64,000 nucleotides of DNA from Bacilli bacterium (GTDB lineage: Bacteria; Bacillota_I; Bacilli_A; RFN20; CAG-826), in NCBI GenBank assembly GCA_017477255.1, contig JAFUXB010000002.1, forward strand, positions 29,996 to 93,995. Reading direction: 5' to 3'. Shown one piece after another: positions 43,493 to 53,307 of this stretch; the first letter of the stretch is position 1; every line of letters starts with the position of its first letter. Under the pieces are notes generated by a model. The model did no database searches and was not told the DNA's origin. It worked only from the letters and a program-made list of their open reading frames with translations. The position numbers and the translations under genes were made by a program.

Positions 43493-45823
43493 ATGCAATT
43501 TAACCCAGGAGAAAGATTTAATTTACCTATTTTAATTTGTAAGGAGTTTGTTTTATTTCCTGATTGCACAAACACTATTTTTGCTCAACGCTCATTTAGT
43601 AAAAAAGCCATCGAACTCGCTTTAAAAGAACGCGAGAACTACGTTGTAGTTGTTACTCAACTTAATAACAACAAAGATACTGACTTAGACATTCAAGATC
43701 TTAATAAAGTTGCAACTTTATGTAGAGTTGCAAGTTCGATTGGAACTGATACATTAAAACTTCGTTGTATTGGATTAGAAAGAGTTAGTATTGAAGAATT
43801 AATCTATGATGAAAGTTTAGATTGTTACTTTGCTAATTTTGTTTTAGATCCTGATACATTAGGTGATGAAAAAGAAGAAGTTGCGATTGTATCTAAATTA
43901 ATTGAATATATTCAAAACAGCAATAAATTGAGACTTGATGCTCAAACTGCTGGATTAATCAAAAACAATTTATCAGTTGGAACTAATGCTTTAAAACTTT
44001 CTTATGTTTTAGCAAGTAATCTTCCATTTAGAACATCTGAAAAATTAGATTTATTAAATTTATCAAATGTTAACGATAGATTATTACAAATCTATGCCAA
44101 ACTTGATGGAATAGTCGAAGATGTAAAAATTGAAGAAAAAATTCAAAACGCTGTAAGAGAAAACGCTGAAAAGAATCAAAAAGAATATTTCTTACGTGAA
44201 AAATTACGTGCTATTCATCAAGAATTAGGTGATGATGACGATGAAAATGATTTTGATGAATTAAAAGATAAAATTGAAAAAGGACCATATCCTGATTACA
44301 TTAAAACAAAAGTAAAAGATGAATTAAAACGCTATAGAATGATGCCACAAGCATCACTTGAAGCAAGTTTAATTAAAAACTATATTGATGTTTTGATGTC
44401 GATACCATGGTTTGAAAAAACTACTGATAATGATGATTTAGACAATGTACAAAAAGTACTTGATGAAGATCATTATGGTATTGAAAAACCAAAAGAAAGA
44501 ATTATCGAATATATCGCTGTAAAAAGCCACACTAATAGCTTAAAAGCACCTATTTTATGCTTATATGGCCCACCAGGTGTTGGTAAAACGAGTTTAGCTA
44601 AATCTGTAGCTCGTGCCTTAGGAAGAAAATTCGTTAAAAGTAGTTTAGGTGGCGTTAATGATGAAAGTGAAATTAGAGGCCACAGACGTACTTATGTTGG
44701 TAGTATGCCAGGTAGAATTATTCAAGGCATGAGAAGAGCAAAAACTGTTAACCCAGTATTTTTACTCGATGAAATCGATAAAGTTGGTTCATCATATAAA
44801 GGTGATCCAGCAAGTGCTTTACTTGAAGTTTTAGATCCAGAACAAAACTTTGCATTTAACGATAATTACGTTGAAGAACCATATGATTTAAGTAATGTTT
44901 TATTTATTTGTACCGCAAACTATTTAGGAAATATTCCTGCACCATTACGTGATAGATTAGAACTTATTGAAATGAATTCATACACTCAAGTTGAAAAATT
45001 ACACATTGCTAAAGAACATTTAATTAAAAAACAATGTTTAGAAAATGGTTTAGATCCTGAGAAAGTTGAATTTAATGACGATGCAATCGATTATATTATT
45101 GAACACTATACTGCTGAAGCTGGTGTTCGTAGCTTAGAAAGATGCATTGGTAAAATTTGCCGTAAAATCGTTGTTGCAATGGTTAAAAATAAATCAAAAC
45201 GTAAAGTTAAAATCACTATTGCAAAAGTTAAAGAATATTTAGGTACTGAAATTTTTGAAGTAACTAAAAAAGAAAGTGAACCACAAGTTGGTGTTGTTAC
45301 AGGACTTGCATATACTGAAGTCGGTGGAACAATTATGAATATTGAAGTTAATAATTTCCCAGGTAAAGGAAACTTAGTCTTAACTGGAAAATTAGGCGAT
45401 GTAATGAAGGAAAGTTGCTCAATTGCATTCGATTATTTAAAAGCACACGCTGATAAATATAAGATTCCTCATGAAGCATTTACTAATAATGATATCCATA
45501 TTCATTTCCCTGAAGGTGCTGTTCCAAAAGATGGACCAAGCGCAGGTTGTGCAATTACTGTTGCAATTGCAAGTTGTTTAACTAATCGTCCAGTTAGAGA
45601 CGATGTTGCAATGACAGGTGAAGTTACTTTAAGAGGAAAAGCCTTACCTATTGGTGGACTTAGAGAAAAATCATTAGCAGCTTTAAAGAGTGGTATTAAA
45701 AATATATTAATTCCACGTGAAAATGAGCGTAATTTCAATGATTTACCATCAGAAGTTAAAGATCAAATGAAGGTAACTTACTTAGATAACGTTGATCAAG
45801 CAATTGAAATTTGCTTAAGATAA
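43493..45823 (+). CDS. lon: ATP-dependent Lon protease (LonA)
   Basis: LON N-domain, Walker A GPPGVGKTS, Walker B FLLDEIDK, catalytic PKDGPSAGCAITVAI with downstream Lys (TGEVTLRGKALPIGG). Confidence 0.95.
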   Translation: MQFNPGERFNLPILICKEFVLFPDCTNTIFAQRSFSKKAIELALKERENYVVVVTQLNNNKDTDLDIQDLNKVATLCRVASSIGTDTLKLRCIGLERVSIEELIYDESLDCYFANFVLDPDTLGDEKEEVAIVSKLIEYIQNSNKLRLDAQTAGLIKNNLSVGTNALKLSYVLASNLPFRTSEKLDLLNLSNVNDRLLQIYAKLDGIVEDVKIEEKIQNAVRENAEKNQKEYFLREKLRAIHQELGDDDDENDFDELKDKIEKGPYPDYIKTKVKDELKRYRMMPQASLEASLIKNYIDVLMSIPWFEKTTDNDDLDNVQKVLDEDHYGIEKPKERIIEYIAVKSHTNSLKAPILCLYGPPGVGKTSLAKSVARALGRKFVKSSLGGVNDESEIRGHRRTYVGSMPGRIIQGMRRAKTVNPVFLLDEIDKVGSSYKGDPASALLEVLDPEQNFAFNDNYVEEPYDLSNVLFICTANYLGNIPAPLRDRLELIEMNSYTQVEKLHIAKEHLIKKQCLENGLDPEKVEFNDDAIDYIIEHYTAEAGVRSLERCIGKICRKIVVAMVKNKSKRKVKITIAKVKEYLGTEIFEVTKKESEPQVGVVTGLAYTEVGGTIMNIEVNNFPGKGNLVLTGKLGDVMKESCSIAFDYLKAHADKYKIPHEAFTNNDIHIHFPEGAVPKDGPSAGCAITVAIASCLTNRPVRDDVAMTGEVTLRGKALPIGGLREKSLAALKSGIKNILIPRENERNFNDLPSEVKDQMKVTYLDNVDQAIEICLR

Positions 45824-45824
45824 T

Positions 45825-46415
45825 ATGGAATTTTATAAAAAATCTACATTTGTAACTAGTGTTGTCGATATTAAAAATAAACCAGACACTAATTTAAAAG
45901 AAGTAATGATTGTTGGTAAGAGCAATGTTGGTAAATCCAGCTTAATTAATGCTCTTACCAATAATTCCAAATTAGCATATACAAGTTCAAAACCAGGTCA
46001 TACAAGATTTTTGAATTATTATTTAATTAATGATTCATTTTATTTTGTTGATTGTCCAGGTTATGGATATAGTGCTAAAAAAGACTTTGACTATAAATTA
46101 TATGGAAAATTAGTTGAAAGTTATTTAAATAATAATAAAAACTTAAAATTAATTGTATTTTTATTAGATAGTCGACATGAACCTACATCTGACGATGTAG
46201 ATTTTTATAATTTCTTAAAAGAATACGATTACAATTTCATTCTTGTTATGACTAAATCAGACAAATTAAATATGTCAATGAGATCAAAAATTAAAGCTAA
46301 TTTAGCTAATAAATTAGGCGATATTAATGATAAAAGAGTGTTATTAACAAGTATTGAAAACAAAAAATCAATTTCAAATTTAATTGATGTAATCGAAGAA
46401 TATTTGGAGGTTTAA
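45825..46415 (+). CDS. engB: Ribosome biogenesis GTPase EngB (YsxC/YihA)
   Basis: G1 GKSNVGKSSLINALT, G3 DCPGYG, G4 TKSDK. Follows lon, as in Bacillus. Confidence 0.92.
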   Translation: MEFYKKSTFVTSVVDIKNKPDTNLKEVMIVGKSNVGKSSLINALTNNSKLAYTSSKPGHTRFLNYYLINDSFYFVDCPGYGYSAKKDFDYKLYGKLVESYLNNNKNLKLIVFLLDSRHEPTSDDVDFYNFLKEYDYNFILVMTKSDKLNMSMRSKIKANLANKLGDINDKRVLLTSIENKKSISNLIDVIEEYLEV

Positions 46416-46417
46416 TT

Positions 46418-49006
46418 ATGGCTTTAGAGAAAAGATATAACCATAAAGAAGTTGAAGCTGGAAAATACCTTAATTGGAAAAATAAAGGTTATTTTACTGC
46501 TGGCGATAAAACTAAAGAAAAATTTTCAATCGTAATTCCACCTCCAAATGTTACTGGAAAATTACATATTGGACACGCAATTGATACTACAATTCAAGAT
46601 ATTACTTGTAGATATAAAAAAGCAAAAGGCTTTGATGTTTTATATTTACCTGGTTGTGACCATGCAGGAATTGCAACTCAAGCTAAAATTGATGCAAAAT
46701 TAAAAGCAGAAGGCACAAATAGATATGAATTAGGACGTGAAAAGTTCTTAAAAGTAGCTTTTGAGTGGAAAAAAGAATATAGCGAAATAATCCACCAACA
46801 ATGGGAAAAAATGGGATTAATGCTTGATTATACTAGAGAAAGATTTACTTTAGATGAAGGCTTTAATCACGCAGTTTACACTGTTTTTAAGACTTTATAT
46901 GATAAAGGATTAATTTATAGAGGCGAAAGAATCGTAAATTATGATCCTGAAATGAAAACAGCATTAAGTAATGTTGAAATTGTTTATAAAGAAGATAAAG
47001 GTAATTTCTTCTATTTTAAATATCGTTTAAAAGAAGAACCTGAAAAATACTTGGAAATTGCTACAACTAGACCAGAAACTATGTTTGGGGATACATGTGT
47101 CGTAGTTAATCCAAACGACGAAAGATATCAAAAATATATCGGAAAAACAGTAATAAACCCAGCAAATAACCAAGAAATACCTATTATTGCTGATGAATAC
47201 GTTGATATTGAATTTGGTACAGGTGCAATGAAATGTACCCCAGCTCACGATCCAAATGATTTTATAATTGGTAAGAAAAACAATATGAAAATGCCAATTA
47301 TTATGAACGTTGATGGAACAATGGCTGATGGACTTGGAAAATATTCAAAATTAGATAGATTTGAATGTAGAAAGATTCTTGTTAATGATATAAAAGAAGC
47401 AGGAAATCTCATTAAAATTGAAGAAATTAAGCATCAAGTAGGTCACAGTGAAAGAAGTGACGCTGTAGTTGAACCATTATTATCAAAACAATGGTTTGTT
47501 AAAATGAAACCAATTGCTGAAGAAGTATTAAGACATCAAGCAACTGATGATAAAGTTAACTTCGTTCCAAAACGTTTTGAAAAAGTTTTAATTAGATGGA
47601 TGGAAGATTGTGAAGACTGGTGTATCTCTAGGCAATTATGGTGGGGACACAGAATACCAGTTTACTACTCAAAAACTACTGAAAAACTACTAATAAGCGA
47701 TAAAGCACCTGAAGATATTGAAAATTGGTATCAAGATGAAGACGTTTTTGATACATGGTTTTCAAGTGCTTTATGGCCATTTGCTACACTTGGTTGGCCA
47801 TTAAAAACTGAAGATTATGATCGTTATTTCCCAACAAATTTACTTGTTACTGGATACGATATTATTTTCTTCTGGGTTGCAAGAATGTATTTCCAAAGCC
47901 TTAATTTTACAAATAAAGCACCATTTAAAGATGTTTTAATTCATGGCTTAGTTAGAGATTCAAAAGGAAGAAAAATGTCAAAATCATTAGGAAATGGCGT
48001 TGATCCAATTGATGTTATTGAAAAATATGGTGTTGATAGCCTTAGATATTTCTTAGCTACAGCAGCATCTCCAGGTATGGATATTAAATATAATGAAGAA
48101 AAAGTAGCTGTTGCATCAAATTATTTAAATAAAATATGGAATAGTGCACGTTTTATCTTAATGAATTTACCTGAAGGATATAAAGAAGGAAAGATTAATG
48201 TTAAAACTTTAAATGAATTAGATAAATTTATTCTTACAAAACTTGAAAAAACAATTAATAAAGTAACAAAAGCAATGGATAAGTATGATTATGGCATTGC
48301 AAGTAAGATTTTATATGATTTTGTTTATGATGATTTCTGCTCATTCTATCTTGAAATGAGCAAAGTTACATTAAATGATGAAAATGCTGATAAAAAGAAC
48401 ACATATGCTGTCTTATTAAAGGTTTTAAAGGCTGTTTTAATGATGATTTATCCATTCTCACCATTTATAACTGAAGAAATTTATTTACAATTACCAGAAC
48501 ATTTAGAAAGTATTATGCTTGAATCATATCCTGAATATGAAAAAGCTTTTATTTTCAATGATTCTTTAGAAAAAGCAGAAGTTTTACGTGCAATAATCGA
48601 AACAATTAGAAACTATAAAGCTTCAAACGACTTAGCTCCAAATGCTGAAGTTTCAATTATTTTAAATTCAAAATTAAATCTTAAAACTTTAGAAGCTTAT
48701 ATTAGAAGATTTGCATTTGCTAAAGATGTTAAATTTGATGAAGAAAATGTTGATGGTTGCATTAGTTTTGAATTAAATAAAACAACTTTATTTATTAAAA
48801 ATGATATAGATAAAACTGAATTATTAAATAAACTTAATGATCAAAAATCAAAACTTGAAAACGAATTAACTAGAAGTGAAAGAATGTTAGGAAATCCTAA
48901 CTTTGTTAATAAAGCTAGTAAAGAAAAAGTTGAACAAGAAAAAGAAAAATATGCCAATTATAAGGCTCAATACGAAGAAATTTTGAAAAAAATTAACAAT
49001 TTATAA
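46418..49006 (+). CDS. valS: Valine--tRNA ligase
   Basis: HIGH (PPPNVTGKLHIGH), KMSKS (GRKMSKSLGNG), and a C-terminal coiled coil. 862 aa. Confidence 0.96.
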   Translation: MALEKRYNHKEVEAGKYLNWKNKGYFTAGDKTKEKFSIVIPPPNVTGKLHIGHAIDTTIQDITCRYKKAKGFDVLYLPGCDHAGIATQAKIDAKLKAEGTNRYELGREKFLKVAFEWKKEYSEIIHQQWEKMGLMLDYTRERFTLDEGFNHAVYTVFKTLYDKGLIYRGERIVNYDPEMKTALSNVEIVYKEDKGNFFYFKYRLKEEPEKYLEIATTRPETMFGDTCVVVNPNDERYQKYIGKTVINPANNQEIPIIADEYVDIEFGTGAMKCTPAHDPNDFIIGKKNNMKMPIIMNVDGTMADGLGKYSKLDRFECRKILVNDIKEAGNLIKIEEIKHQVGHSERSDAVVEPLLSKQWFVKMKPIAEEVLRHQATDDKVNFVPKRFEKVLIRWMEDCEDWCISRQLWWGHRIPVYYSKTTEKLLISDKAPEDIENWYQDEDVFDTWFSSALWPFATLGWPLKTEDYDRYFPTNLLVTGYDIIFFWVARMYFQSLNFTNKAPFKDVLIHGLVRDSKGRKMSKSLGNGVDPIDVIEKYGVDSLRYFLATAASPGMDIKYNEEKVAVASNYLNKIWNSARFILMNLPEGYKEGKINVKTLNELDKFILTKLEKTINKVTKAMDKYDYGIASKILYDFVYDDFCSFYLEMSKVTLNDENADKKNTYAVLLKVLKAVLMMIYPFSPFITEEIYLQLPEHLESIMLESYPEYEKAFIFNDSLEKAEVLRAIIETIRNYKASNDLAPNAEVSIILNSKLNLKTLEAYIRRFAFAKDVKFDEENVDGCISFELNKTTLFIKNDIDKTELLNKLNDQKSKLENELTRSERMLGNPNFVNKASKEKVEQEKEKYANYKAQYEEILKKINNL

Positions 49007-49063
49007 AATTTTACCCCCTTTTTGCTTTGAAAACCTCCTACTTGTATAGTGAGGGGGTATAAA

Positions 49064-49246
49064 ATGACAAGGGTTCAATTAACAGAAAAAGAGCTAGATG
49101 AATTCAAAGTCGGAGATCCTTTTACCCTAACAACTGTATTAGCTGTTTTAGCTGTAGCAGTAATGACTGTTATAGTTTATAAGCTATTTACAAGTAATGA
49201 AGGTAAAACAGTGGTCCCAGGCGGATGGACTTTTCAATGGAAATGA
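49064..49246 (+). CDS. Small single-pass membrane protein (60 aa), unknown function
   Basis: ATG 49064 lies 6 nt after the GAGGGGG SD (49051-49057), whereas the track GTG at 49049 lies inside the SD region. One TM (FTLTTVLAVLAVAVMTVIVY), with a Trp-rich C-terminus PGGWTFQWK. Confidence 0.5.
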   Translation: MTRVQLTEKELDEFKVGDPFTLTTVLAVLAVAVMTVIVYKLFTSNEGKTVVPGGWTFQWK

Positions 49247-49294
49247 CCGATTAAAACATAGGTATTTTTAATTCTAAAAAACTCAAATCATTAA

Positions 49295-49324
49295 TTGACA
49301 TAATTATATTAATTATGGTAATAT
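49295..49324 (+). promoter_or_regulatory. Strong promoter for the rplU operon: TTGACA-N18-(TGg)TAATAT
   Basis: TTGACA at 49295-49300, extended -10 TGGTAATAT at 49316-49324. Confidence 0.7.
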
Positions 49325-49329
49325 CTTTT

Positions 49330-49431
49330 TGTTGTAACTCTTACTAGCTACAACCGCATTAAAAAGGTCACTAAGAAATTGCTAAAATTCACCTTAAAAG
49401 CGAGTAATTATTTATTAAGAGGAGGAAAGAT
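49330..49431 (+). ncRNA. Candidate ribosomal-protein L21 leader (5' UTR of rplU-prp-rpmA)
   Basis: About 100 nt of untranslated leader between the promoter and rplU, with hairpin GTTGTA (49331-49336) / TACAAC (49349-49354). Firmicutes carry an L21 leader at this position. I cannot verify the covariance model by eye. Confidence 0.35.
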
Positions 49432-49740
49432 ATGTACGCTATAATTTTAACTGGCGGTAAACAACTCAAAGTTGAAGTTGGACAAAAGATTTTTGTTGAA
49501 AAATTAGATGCAGAAGTCGGATCAACTTATACATTTGAGAACGTTTTATTAATTGGTGATAAAACAATTAAAGCTGGCAATCCATATGTTGAAGGCGCAA
49601 CTGTCACTGCAAAAGTTGAAAAACAAGGTTTAGGTAAAAAACTTGTAGTCTTCAAATACAAATCAAAAGCTAACTACCGTAGAACATATGGTCATCGTCA
49701 ACCATACACATGCTTAACTATTGAAAGCATTAATGGATAA
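49432..49740 (+). CDS. rplU: 50S ribosomal protein L21
   Basis: [25 protein letters not shown]... 102 aa. AGGAGG SD. Confidence 0.96.
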   Translation: MYAIILTGGKQLKVEVGQKIFVEKLDAEVGSTYTFENVLLIGDKTIKAGNPYVEGATVTAKVEKQGLGKKLVVFKYKSKANYRRTYGHRQPYTCLTIESING

Positions 49741-50039
49741 TGATTGAAATTAAATTTAATTTATCAAACAAAAGAATTGAATTTTCTTCAGTTGGACACG
49801 CTGATTTTGCAGATTATGGCAAAGATGTAGTCTGTGCAGCAGTTAGTTCAATAATAATTGGTGCCTTAAATGCATTAAAAAGTGAAGAATTAGATATAAA
49901 GATTAAAAAAGGAGATGTAAAAGTCTCTGGAAATCTAAATTCTCACGATGAAATCGTATTTGAAACGATGTTAATGCAACTTAAGACAATTGAAGATCAA
50001 TATCCTAACAATTTGAAAATTAATGAAGGGAGTAATTAA
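49740..50039 (+). CDS. prp: Ribosomal-processing cysteine protease Prp (YsxB)
   Basis: 99 aa located between rplU and rpmA. His/Cys dyad context [21 protein letters not shown]. Confidence 0.88.
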   Translation: MIEIKFNLSNKRIEFSSVGHADFADYGKDVVCAAVSSIIIGALNALKSEELDIKIKKGDVKVSGNLNSHDEIVFETMLMQLKTIEDQYPNNLKINEGSN

Positions 50040-50040
50040 A

Positions 50041-50334
50041 ATGGAATTAAGATTTAAACTTGATATACAACTCTTCGCATCCCACAAAGGTGTTGGTAGT
50101 ACTAAAAACGGACGTGATAGTGCCGGACGTAGATTAGGTGCTAAAAGAACTGATGGCCAATATTGCAAAGCAGGTGCAATTATTTACCGTCAACGTGGAA
50201 CCAGAATTTATCCTGGTGTCAACACAATGAGAGGTGGAGATGATACTATTTTTGCTACTAAAGCTGGAATCGTAAGATTTGAAAGAGTTGGCAAAAACAG
50301 AAAAAGAGTCTCTGTATACGAAATCGAAGCATAA
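50041..50334 (+). CDS. rpmA: 50S ribosomal protein L27 with cleavable N-terminal propeptide
   Basis: [13 protein letters not shown] followed by [20 protein letters not shown]. Start placed at ATG 50041 (AAGGGAG SD at 50025-50031). The track start 50023 is inside the prp 3' end. Confidence 0.95.
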   Translation: MELRFKLDIQLFASHKGVGSTKNGRDSAGRRLGAKRTDGQYCKAGAIIYRQRGTRIYPGVNTMRGGDDTIFATKAGIVRFERVGKNRKRVSVYEIEA

Positions 50335-50338
50335 CTTG

Positions 50339-50372
50339 AAAAAACCACCTGCTAAAAAGGTGGTTTTCTTTT
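50339..50372 (+). terminator. Rho-independent terminator after rpmA
   Basis: 10-bp stem AAAACCACCT (50341-50350) / AGGTGGTTTT (50358-50367), followed by TCTTTT. Confidence 0.8.
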
Positions 50373-50382
50373 AAAAATATCT

Positions 50383-51651
50383 ATGTTTATTGATCGTGTT
50401 GTAATTGAAGTAAGAAGTGGAAAAGGCGGCGATGGTCGTATTGCTTTTGTTCACGAAAAATATCGTCCTTTAGGCGGTCCTAGCGGTGGAAATGGTGGCC
50501 GTGGAGGATCAGTTTATTTAAGATGTTCAACAAAGGTTGGAACACTTGTAAACTTCCGACATAGTCGTGCATTTATTGCTAACGATGGAGAAAAAGGTGA
50601 TATTAAAAATATGTATGGAAGAGGAGCTGAAGACGTATATGTTGATGTTCCTGTTGGTACAGTAGTATTTTTAGAAGAAAACCATAAATTTTTATGTGAT
50701 TTAGATGAACCAGGAAAAACAATTTTAGTTGCAAAAGGTGGAAGAGGAGGTCGTGGAAACGCAGCTTTCAAATCAAACCGTAACAAATGCCCTAAAATTG
50801 CTGAAAATGGACTTCCAGGTGAAAAGAAAAAACTTATTTTGGAATTAAAACTTGTTGCTGATGTTGGAATTATTGGCTTTCCAAGTGTTGGTAAATCAAC
50901 TTTTATCAATTTAGTTAGCAATGTAAAGGCAGAAATTGGCGATTATGACTTTACAACTATAGTTCCAAATTTAGGTGTAACTTATTTACCTGACAAATCA
51001 AGCTTCGTTTTAGCTGATATGCCTGGATTAATTCAAGGAGCACATCTTGGAAAAGGACTTGGTTTATTATTCTTAAGACATATTGAAAGAACAAAAGTAT
51101 TAATTCATATGGTTGATATGAGTGGAACTCGTGATCCATATGAAGCTTATTTAGCAATTAGAAAAGAGCTTGAAGAATATGGAATGCATTTAGTTGATCG
51201 TCCAGAAGTAATTGTTGCAAGTAAAATGGATGAAGAAGGTGCAGAGGAAAGATTTGAAAAATTTAAGAAGCAAGTTAATAAAGTAGTTATACCAATTAGT
51301 TGCTTAGAAGACAAAAACATTAACTTAGTTTTATATAGATGTAAAGATCTTTTAAAAGATGCTAAAACTTATCCAGTTTATAGTGAAGAAGATGAAGAAA
51401 TTGTTATTGATGCAACTAAAGAAAATGCAGAAGTATTCGATATTATTCGTACTGGTGAGCACTCATTTGAAATTGTTGGAGAAAGAGTTTTAAGAACTTA
51501 TAATTTAATCAATATTTCAACTGATGAAGGTATGATGAGACTTATCACTTATTTAAATAAAATAGGTGTAGACAACAAATTAAAAGAATTACACGCCGAA
51601 GATGGCGATATAGTTAAATTATCTGATTTTGAATTAGAGTATTTTGAATAA
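50383..51651 (+). CDS. obg: GTPase Obg/CgtA
   Basis: Gly-rich Obg fold (GGDGRIAFVHEKYRPLGGPSGGNGGRGGSV), G1 GFPSVGKST, G3 DMPGLI, C-terminal OCT domain. Confidence 0.95.
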   Translation: MFIDRVVIEVRSGKGGDGRIAFVHEKYRPLGGPSGGNGGRGGSVYLRCSTKVGTLVNFRHSRAFIANDGEKGDIKNMYGRGAEDVYVDVPVGTVVFLEENHKFLCDLDEPGKTILVAKGGRGGRGNAAFKSNRNKCPKIAENGLPGEKKKLILELKLVADVGIIGFPSVGKSTFINLVSNVKAEIGDYDFTTIVPNLGVTYLPDKSSFVLADMPGLIQGAHLGKGLGLLFLRHIERTKVLIHMVDMSGTRDPYEAYLAIRKELEEYGMHLVDRPEVIVASKMDEEGAEERFEKFKKQVNKVVIPISCLEDKNINLVLYRCKDLLKDAKTYPVYSEEDEEIVIDATKENAEVFDIIRTGEHSFEIVGERVLRTYNLINISTDEGMMRLITYLNKIGVDNKLKELHAEDGDIVKLSDFELEYFE

Positions 51652-51667
51652 TTGTCAAAAAATTTAA

Positions 51668-52222
51668 ATGCTTAATTATATTATAGGAAAGGTAGTTGAG
51701 GTAAAATCTTCAAGAATTATTTTAGAATGCCAAAATTGTGGTTATGAAGTATATGTTTTAGGAAGAGATATTTATAATCAAAATTCGATTCAAAAAGTAT
51801 ATATTTACGATTATTTAAATACTGAAAATATTTCAACTTTAGTGGGTTTTAATAATTTATTAGATTTAGAAATTTTTAAGAAATTAATCAAGATTCCAAC
51901 AATTGGAACAAAAACTGCAATTCAAGTGTTAAATTTGATAGATTCTCAAGAATTAATCGCACTTATTAATAACGATGATCTATTTACTTTAAAAGAAATT
52001 TTAGGTAATAAAGCAAATAATGTTTATATTGGACTTAAAAAAGGAGTAGAGAAATTAGACTATGACATTTTTAAATATGAAAACGTCTATTTAGCTCTTA
52101 AAAAATTAGGATATAGGCAAGATATAATTAAAAAAGCCTTATCTAAACTAGATTCAAATACTACATATACTGATGAGCAAGCTTTAAAAGAAGCTTTAAA
52201 GGTAATTAGCTATGCAAAATAA
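51668..52222 (+). CDS. ruvA: Holliday junction branch migration complex subunit RuvA (divergent)
   Basis: 184 aa. N-terminal OB pattern IIGKVVEVKSSRIILECQNCGYEVYV, HhH region IKIPTIGTKTAIQVL. Precedes and overlaps ruvB. Confidence 0.8.
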   Translation: MLNYIIGKVVEVKSSRIILECQNCGYEVYVLGRDIYNQNSIQKVYIYDYLNTENISTLVGFNNLLDLEIFKKLIKIPTIGTKTAIQVLNLIDSQELIALINNDDLFTLKEILGNKANNVYIGLKKGVEKLDYDIFKYENVYLALKKLGYRQDIIKKALSKLDSNTTYTDEQALKEALKVISYAK

Positions 52223-53183
52223 TATTTTTAGACCGAATTCATTCGATGAATTCATCGGAAATACAAATATTATTGATGTATTAAAAGTATATTTATTTTC
52301 AGCTAAAAAGAAAAAGATAAATCTTGATCATATTTTACTTTATGGACCTCCAGGAGTAGGAAAAACTAGCTTAGCACATATTATTGCTAAAGAAATGAAT
52401 ACACGAATTTTGACGATTACAGCGTCAAATTTAGAGAAAAATACTGATTTAATTAATGTTTTATCTTCTGTAGAAAAAGGTTCTGTTCTTTTTATTGATG
52501 AAATTCATCGATTACCTAAAGAAATTGAAGAAGTTTTATATAGTGTTTTAGAAGATTTTAAAATTTCAATTAACTTTAAAAATCAAGAAAATACTAAAGT
52601 TTTAGAATTGGATGTTGAACCGTTTACTTTAATTGGTGCAACGACTCTATTAGGTAATATTTCTCAACCTTTAAGGGAAAGATTTGGAATTACTTTAAAA
52701 CTTGATTCTTATAACATTGATGAGATCAAAATGATATTAAGAATTAATGCAAATAAGCTTGACTTAGTTATTGAAGATAATGCTTTACTTGAGATTGCGA
52801 AAAGAAGCAGAAATATTCCTAGAGTTGGAATTCAACTTTTAAAAAGAGTCGATGATTTCTATGTTTTTCATAAAAAGAAAAAGGTAGATATTAAGTTTGT
52901 AAAAATGGTTTTTGATAAAATTGAGATTGATGAAATAGGGCTTACTGCAGACGATTATAACTTTATAAAAGTGCTTTATGAAAAATATGAAAATAAGCCG
53001 GTTTCATTAAAATCTATAGCTATTTTTATGAATGAAAATATCAAAAATTTAGAAGAAATAGTTGAACCTTATTTAGTTTCAATTGGGTTTGTAGAAAGAA
53101 CAAAACAAGGTCGAAGATTAACTTTCAATGGAAGGCAATTTTATCGTGATTTTATAGAAAAGAAGCCCAAAATTAATAATTAA
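52212..53183 (+). CDS. ruvB: Holliday junction branch migration DNA helicase RuvB
   Basis: RPNSFDEFIGN, Walker A GPPGVGKTS, Walker B LFIDEIHRL, sensor GATT..PLRERFG. Confidence 0.95.
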   Translation: MQNNIFRPNSFDEFIGNTNIIDVLKVYLFSAKKKKINLDHILLYGPPGVGKTSLAHIIAKEMNTRILTITASNLEKNTDLINVLSSVEKGSVLFIDEIHRLPKEIEEVLYSVLEDFKISINFKNQENTKVLELDVEPFTLIGATTLLGNISQPLRERFGITLKLDSYNIDEIKMILRINANKLDLVIEDNALLEIAKRSRNIPRVGIQLLKRVDDFYVFHKKKKVDIKFVKMVFDKIEIDEIGLTADDYNFIKVLYEKYENKPVSLKSIAIFMNENIKNLEEIVEPYLVSIGFVERTKQGRRLTFNGRQFYRDFIEKKPKINN

Positions 53184-53307
53184 TTTTGAAATATCTAAAT
53201 TTATTCCCTATTTTTGCTTAAAAATATTGTTTAAGACTGTCTTTTGTAGTATTATATTTAAGATTGTTTAAAACGATTTATAAATGTAATTTATAAAAGG
53301 TGAGATT

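Noticed and set aside
50514-50921. 135-aa minus-strand ORF antisense to obg
   Set aside because: It is the shadow of the Gly-rich Obg fold (GGN sense codons give NCC/Pro antisense). Obg on the + strand is unambiguous.
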